The notes under the pieces are model-generated. The model worked only from the letters and a program-made list of their open reading frames with translations, had not been told where the DNA came from and searched no databases. From the human T2T-CHM13v2.0 reference genome, Homo sapiens: a stretch of 64,000 bases of DNA. The stretch is from the NCBI RefSeq assembly GCF_009914755.1, contig NC_060925.1; one strand, 5' to 3'. Made by a program: the position numbers and the translations under genes. Positions 57,501-64,000 of this stretch are shown piece after piece (position 1 is the stretch's first letter; the number at the start of each line of letters is the position of its first letter).

Positions 57501-60500
57501 TGATCGAATGGACTCGAATGGAATCATCGAATGGAATGGAATGGAACAGTCAATGAACTCGAATGGAATCATCATTGAATGGAATCGAATGGAATCATCG
57601 AGTGGAATCGAATGGAATTATGATCAAATGGAATCGAATGTAATCATCATCAAATGGAATCGAAAATAACCATCATCAATTGGTATTGAATGGAATTGTC
57701 ATCAAATGGAATTCAAAGGAATCATCATCAAATGGAACCGAATGGAATCCTCATTGAATGGAAATGAAAGGGGTCATCATCTAATGGAATCGCATGGAAT
57801 CATCATCAAATGGAATCGAATGGAATCATCATCAAATGGAATCTAATGGAATCATTGAACAGAATTGAATGGAATCGTCATCGAATGAATTGAATGCAAT
57901 CATCGAATGGTCTCGAATGGAATCATCTTCAAATGGAATGGAATGGAATCATCGCATAGAATCGAATGGAATTAACATTGAATGGACTCGAATGGAATCA
58001 TCTAATGGAATGGAATGGAATAATCCCCGGACTCGAATGCAATCATCATCGTATAGAATCGAATGCAATCATTGAATGGACTCGAATGGAATAATCATTG
58101 AACGGAATCGAATGGAATCATCATCGGATGGAAACGAATGGAATCATCATCGAATGGAAATGAAAGGAGTCATCATCTAATGGAATTGCATGCAATCATC
58201 ATAAAATGGAATCGAATGGAATCAACATCAAATGGAATCAAATGGAATCATTGAACGGAATTGAATGGAATCGTCATCGAAGAATTGAATGCAATCATCG
58301 AATGGTCTCCAATGGAATCATCTTCAAATGGAATGGAATGGAATCATCGCATAGAATCGAATGGAATTATCATCGAATGTTATCCAATGGTATCAACAAC
58401 AAACGGAACAAAACGGAATTATCGAATGGAATCGAAGAGAATCATCGAACGGACCCGAATGGAATCATCTAATGGAATGGAATGGAATAATCCATGGACT
58501 CGAATGCAATCATCATCGAATGGAATCGAATGGAATCATCGAATGGAACTTAACGGAATAATCATTGAACGGAATCGAATGGAATCATCATCGGATGGAA
58601 ACGAATGGAATCATCATCGAAAGGAAATGAAAGGAGTCATCTAATGGAATTGCACGGAATCAACATAAAATGGAATCGAATGGAATCAACATCAAATGGA
58701 ATCAAATGGAATCATTGAACGGAATTGAATGGAATAGTCATCGAATGAATTGTATGCAATCATCGAATGGTCTCCAATGGAATCATCTTCAAATGGAATG
58801 GAATGGAATCATCGCATAGAATCGAATGGAATTATCATCGAATGGAATCGAATGGAATCAACATCAAACGGAAAAAAACGGAATTATCGAATGGAATCGA
58901 AGAGAATCATCGAATGGTCCCGAATGGAATCATCTAATGGAATGGAATGGAATAATCCATAGACTCGAATGCAATCATCATCGAATGGAATCGAATGGAA
59001 TCATCAAATGGACTCGAATGGAATAATCATTGAACGGAATCGAATGGAATCATCATCGGATGGAAATGAATGGAATCATCATCGAATGGAATCGAATAGA
59101 ATTATGGAATGAAATCCAGTGTCGTCATCATCGTATGGACCCAAATGGAATCATCATCCAACGGAAGCTAATGGAATCAACATCGAATGAATCGAATGGA
59201 AACACCATCTAATTGAAACGAGTGGAATTATCATGAAATTGAAATGGATGGACTCATCATCGAATGGATTCGAATGGAATCATCGAATAAAATTGATTGA
59301 AATCATCATCAAATGGAATCGAATGGTATCATTGAATGGAATCGAATGGAATCATCATCAGATGGAAATGAATGGAATCGTCATAGAATGGAATCGAATG
59401 GATTCATTGAATGGAATCAGATGGAATCTTCGAATGGACTGGAATGGAATCATTGAATGGACTCGAAAGGGATCATTATTGAATGGAATTGAATGGAATC
59501 ATCGAATGGTCTCGATTGGAATCATTATCAAATGGAATCGAATGGAATCACCGAATAGAATCGAATGGAACAATCATCGAATGGACTCAAATGAAATTAT
59601 CCTCAAGTGGAATCGAATGGAATTATCGAATGCAATCGAATGGAATTATCGAATGCAATCGAATAGAATCATCGAATGGACTCGAATGGAATCATCGAAT
59701 GGAATGGAATGGAACAGTCAATGAACTCGAATGGAATCATCATTGAATGGAATCGAATGGAATCATCGAGTGGAATCGAATGGAATTATGATCAAATGGA
59801 ATCGAATGTAATCATCAACAAATGGAATCAAAGATAACCATCATCAATTGGTATTGAATGGAATTGTCATCAAATGGAATTCAAAGGAATCATCACCAAA
59901 TGGAACCGAATGGAATCCTCATTGAATGGAAATGAAAGGGGTCATCATCTAATGGAATCGCATGGAATCATCATCAAATGGAATCGAATGGAATCATCAT
60001 CAAATGGAATCTAATGGAATCATTGAACAGAATTGAATGGAATCGTCATCGAATGAATTGAATGCAATCATCGAATGGTCTCAAATGGAATCATCTTCTA
60101 ATGGAAAGGAATGGAATCATCGCATAGAATCGAATGGAATTAACATTGAATGGACTCGAATGGAATCAACATCAAACGGAATGAAGCGGAATTATCGAAC
60201 GGAATCGAAGAGAATCATCGAATGGACTCGAATGGAATCATCTAATGGAATGGAATGGAATAATCAACGGACTCGAATGCAATCATCATCGTATAGAATC
60301 GAATGGAATCATCGAATGGACTCGAATGGAATAATCATTGACGGAATCGAATGGAATCATCATCGGATGGAAACGAATGGAATCATCATCGAATGGAAAT
60401 GAAAGGAGTCATCTAATGGAATTGCATGAAATCATCATCAAATGGAATCGAATGGAATCAACATCAAATGGAATCAAATGGAATCATTGAACGGAATTGA

Positions 60501-63500
60501 ATGGAATCGTCATCGAATGAATTGAATGCAATCATCGAATGGTCTCGAATGGAATCATCTTCAAATGGAATGGAATGGAATCATCGCATAGAATCGAATG
60601 GAAATATCATCGAATGGAATCTAATGGAATCAACATCAAACGGAAAGAAACGGAATTATCGAATGGAATCGAAGAGAATCATCGAATGGACCCGAATGGA
60701 ATCATCTAATGGAATGGAATGGAATAATCCATGGACTCGAATGCAATCATCATCGAATGGAATCGAATGGAATCATCGAATGGACTCAAATGGAATAATC
60801 ATCGAACGGAATCGAATGGAATCATCATCGGATGGAAATGTATGGAATCATCATCAAATGGAATCGAATAGAATTATGGAATGAAATCCAGTGTGATCAT
60901 CATCGAATGGACCCGAATGGAATCATCATCCAATGGAAACTAATGGAATCAACATGGAATGAATCGAATGGAAACACCATCGAATTGAAACGAATGGAAT
61001 TATCATGAAAGTGAAATGGATGGACTCATCATCGAATGGATTCGAATGGAATCATCGAATAAAATTGATTGAAATCATCATCAAATGGAATCGAATGGTA
61101 TCATTGAATGGAATCGAATGGAATCATCATCAGATGGAAATGAATGGAATCGTCATAGAATGGAATCGAATGGATTCATTGAATGGAATCAGATGGAATC
61201 ATCGAATGGACTGGAATGGAATCACTGAATGGACTCGAAAGGGATCATCATTGAATGGAATTCAATGGAATCATCGAATGGTCTCGATTGGAATCATTAT
61301 GAAATGGAATCGAATCGAATCACCGAATAGAATCGAATGGAACAATCATCGAATGGACTCAAATGGAATTATCCTCAAATGGAATCGAATGGAATTATCG
61401 AATGCAATCGAATGGAATTATCGAATGCAATCGAATAGAATCATCGAATGGATTCGAATGGAATCATCGAATGGAATGGAATGGAACAGTCAATGAACTC
61501 GAATGGAATCATCATTGAATGGAATCGAATGGAATCATCGAGTGGAATCGAATGGAATTATGATCAAATGGAATTGAATGTAATCATCATAAAATGGAAT
61601 CAAAAATAACCATCATCAATTGGTATTGAATGGAATTGTCATCAAATGGAATTCAAAGGAATCATCATCAAATGGAACCGAATGGAATCCTCATTGAATG
61701 GAAATGAAAGGGGTCATCATCTAATGGAATCGCATGGAATCATCATCAAATGGAATCGAATGGAATCATCATCAAATGGAATCTAATGGAATCATTGAAC
61801 AGAATTGAATGGAATCGTCATCGAATGAATTGAATGCAATCATCGAATGGTCTCGAATGGAATCATCTTCTAATGGAAAGGAATGGAATCATCGCATAGA
61901 ATCGAATGGAATTAACATTGAATGGACTCGAATGGAATCCACATCAAACGGAATCAAGCGGAATTATCGAATGGAATCGAAGAGAATCATCGAATGGACT
62001 CGAATGGAATCATCTAATGGAATGGAATGGAATAATCCACGCACTCGAATGCAATCATCATCGTATAGAATCGAATGGAATCATCGAATGGACTCGAATG
62101 GATTAATCATTGAACGGAATCAAATGGAATCATCATCGAATGGAAACGAATGGAATCATCATCGAATGGAAATGAAAAGAGTCATCATCTAATGGAATTG
62201 CATGGAATCATCATAAAATGGAATCGAATGGAATCAACATCAAATGGAATCAAATGGAATCATTGAACGGAATTGAATGGAATCGTCATCGAATGAATTG
62301 AATGCAATCATCGAATGGTCTCGAATGGAATCATCTTCTAATGGAAAGGAAAGGAATCATCGCATAGAATCGAATGGAATTAAAATTGAATGGACTCGAA
62401 TGGAATCAACATCAAACAGAATAAAACGGAATTATCGAATGGAATCGAAGAGAATCATCGAATGGACCCGAATGTAATCATCTAATGGAATGGAATGGAA
62501 TAATCCATGGACTCGAATGCAATCATCATCGAATGGAATCGAATGGAATCATCGAATGGACACGAATGGAATAATCATTGAACGGAATCGAATGGAATCA
62601 TCATCGGATGGAAAGGAATGGAATCATCATCGAATGGAAATGAAAGGAGTCATGTAATGGAATTCCATGGAATCATCATAAAATGGAATCGAATGGAATC
62701 AACATCAAATGGAATCCAATGGAATCATTGAACGGAATTGAATGGAATCGTCATCGAATGAATTGAATGCAATCATCGAATGGTCTCGAATGGAATCATC
62801 TTCAAATGGAATGGAGTGGAATCATCGCATAGAATCGAATGGAATTATCATCGAATGGAATCGAATGGAATCAACATCAAACGGAAAAAAACGGAATTAT
62901 CGAATGGAATCGAAGAGAATCATCGAATGGACCCGAATGGAATCATCTAATGGAATGGAATGGAATAATCCATGGACTCGAATGCAATCAACATCGAATG
63001 GAATCGAATGGAATCATCGAATGGACTCGAATGGAATAATCATCGAACGGAATCGAATGGAATCATCATCGGATGGAAATGAATGGAATCATCATCGAAT
63101 GGAATCGAATAGAATTATGGAATGAAATCCAGTGTGATCATCATCGAATGGACCCGAATGGAATCATCATCCAATGGAAACTAATGGAATCAACATGGAA
63201 TGAATCGAATGGAAACACCATCGAATTGAAACGAATGGAATTATCATGAAATTGAAATGGATGGACTCATCATCGAATGGATTCGAATGGAATCATCGAA
63301 TAAAATTGATTGAAATCATCATCAAATGGAATCGAATGGTATCATTGAATGGAATCGAATGGAATCATCATCAGATGGAAATGAATGGAATCGTCATAGA
63401 ATGGAATCGAATGGATTCATTGAATGGAATCAGATGGAATCATCGAATGGACTGGAATGGAATCATTGAATGGACTCGAAAGGGATCATTATTGAATGGA

Positions 63501-64000
63501 ATTGAATGGAATCATCGAATGGTCTCGATTGGAATCATTATCAAATGGAATCGAATGGAATCACCGAATAGAATCGAATGGAACAATCATCGAATGGACT
63601 CAAATGGAATTATCCTCAAATGGAATCGAATGGAATTATCGAATGCAATCGAATGGAATTATCGAATGCAATCGAATAGAATCATCGAATGGATTCGAAT
63701 GGAATCATCGAATGGAATGGAATGGAACAGTCAATGAACTCGAATGGAATCATCATTGAATGGAATCGAATGGAATCATCGAGTGGAATCGAATGGAATT
63801 ATGATCAAATGGAATGTAATGTAATCATCATAAAATGGAATCAAAAATAACCATCATCAATTGGTATTGAATGGAATTGTCATCAAATGGAATTCAAAGG
63901 AATCATCATCAAATGGAACCGAATGGAATCCTCATTGAATGGAAATGAAAGGGGTCATCATCTAATGGAATCGCATGGAATCATCATCAAATGGAATCGA

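Larger units (their letters stand above)
1..64000 (+). repeat. Human Satellite II (HSat2/HSATII) pericentromeric tandem array, probably HSat2A (~1.77-kb unit family)
   Basis: Continuous GAATGGAATCATC(ATC)GAATGGAATC motif (reverse complement of the CATTC/ATTCCATTCG-ATG HSat2 consensus) from first to last base. TCGA is dense and pure (GGAAT)n runs are short (about 3 copies), unlike HSat3. A 1772-1776 bp basic period with one GAATTC per unit matches the classical 1.77-kb EcoRI satellite 2 repeat. Subfamily and chromosome are inferred. Confidence 0.97.

Noticed and set aside
7-63759. About 200 plus-strand ORFs of 60-177 aa (MESSSNELN..., MKLKWMDSS..., MELSSNG...)
   Set aside because: They are translations of GAATGGAATCATC repeats, which supply ATG constantly and few stops. 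They overlap in all three frames, have low-complexity W/N/E/I/S/M content, and are freely broken by frameshifts and stops between copies. No domain or gene structure is present.
1-64000. CRISPR-like or repeat-spacer array
   Set aside because: There are no unique spacers; the sequence between landmarks is the same satellite. No cas or other genes are present.
1-64000. HSat3 (GGAAT)n, alpha satellite or telomeric repeat
   Set aside because: Pure GGAAT runs are only about three copies and ATC/TCGA interruptions dominate. I saw no 171-bp monomer, CENP-B box or TTAGGG tract.
1-64000. Embedded Alu, L1, LTR, viral or other foreign insert
   Set aside because: Reading through, I found no non-satellite segment, poly(A) tail or target-site duplication. 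The longest A runs (7-8 nt, CGGAAAAAAACGG) are fixed parts of the module.
1-64000. Canonical heat-shock elements from the abundant nGAAn
   Set aside because: The GAA pentamers are head-to-tail in one orientation and lack the alternating nGAAnnTTCn arrangement. HSF1 stress-body binding is mainly an HSat3 property.
1-64000. Assignment to a specific chromosome (1q12 versus chr10 or another HSat2A array)
   Set aside because: The 1.77-kb EcoRI unit suggests HSat2A, but the locus cannot be fixed without mapping to a complete assembly.

Overview
The whole 64 kb is one uninterrupted, single-orientation array of human/great-ape classical Satellite II (HSat2/HSATII). It consists of diverged GGAAT pentamers organised as 23/26-bp (GAATGGAATC)2(ATC)1-2 units and is very rich in TCGA CpG sites. 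I see no genes, RNA genes, transposons or CRISPR arrays, and all listed ORFs are artefacts of the repeat. The array is nested. A ~840-bp core, carrying one EcoRI site and present in 28 full copies, alternates with a variable number (2 to 9) of ~468-bp modules. Unit lengths are therefore 1776, 2244 or 2712 bp apart from small indels, which fits the ~1.77-kb HSat2A family. Shared diagnostic variants reveal recent duplications (1092, 1521, 2707, 5780/7555, 6765, 23267 and 43792 bp offsets), exact one-unit deletions, and a probable ~12-kb six-unit super-repeat. I found no new protein-coding or mobile system; the interesting signal is the architecture and rearrangement history of the satellite. All alignments were done by eye and from ORF-track offsets, so breakpoints are approximate.
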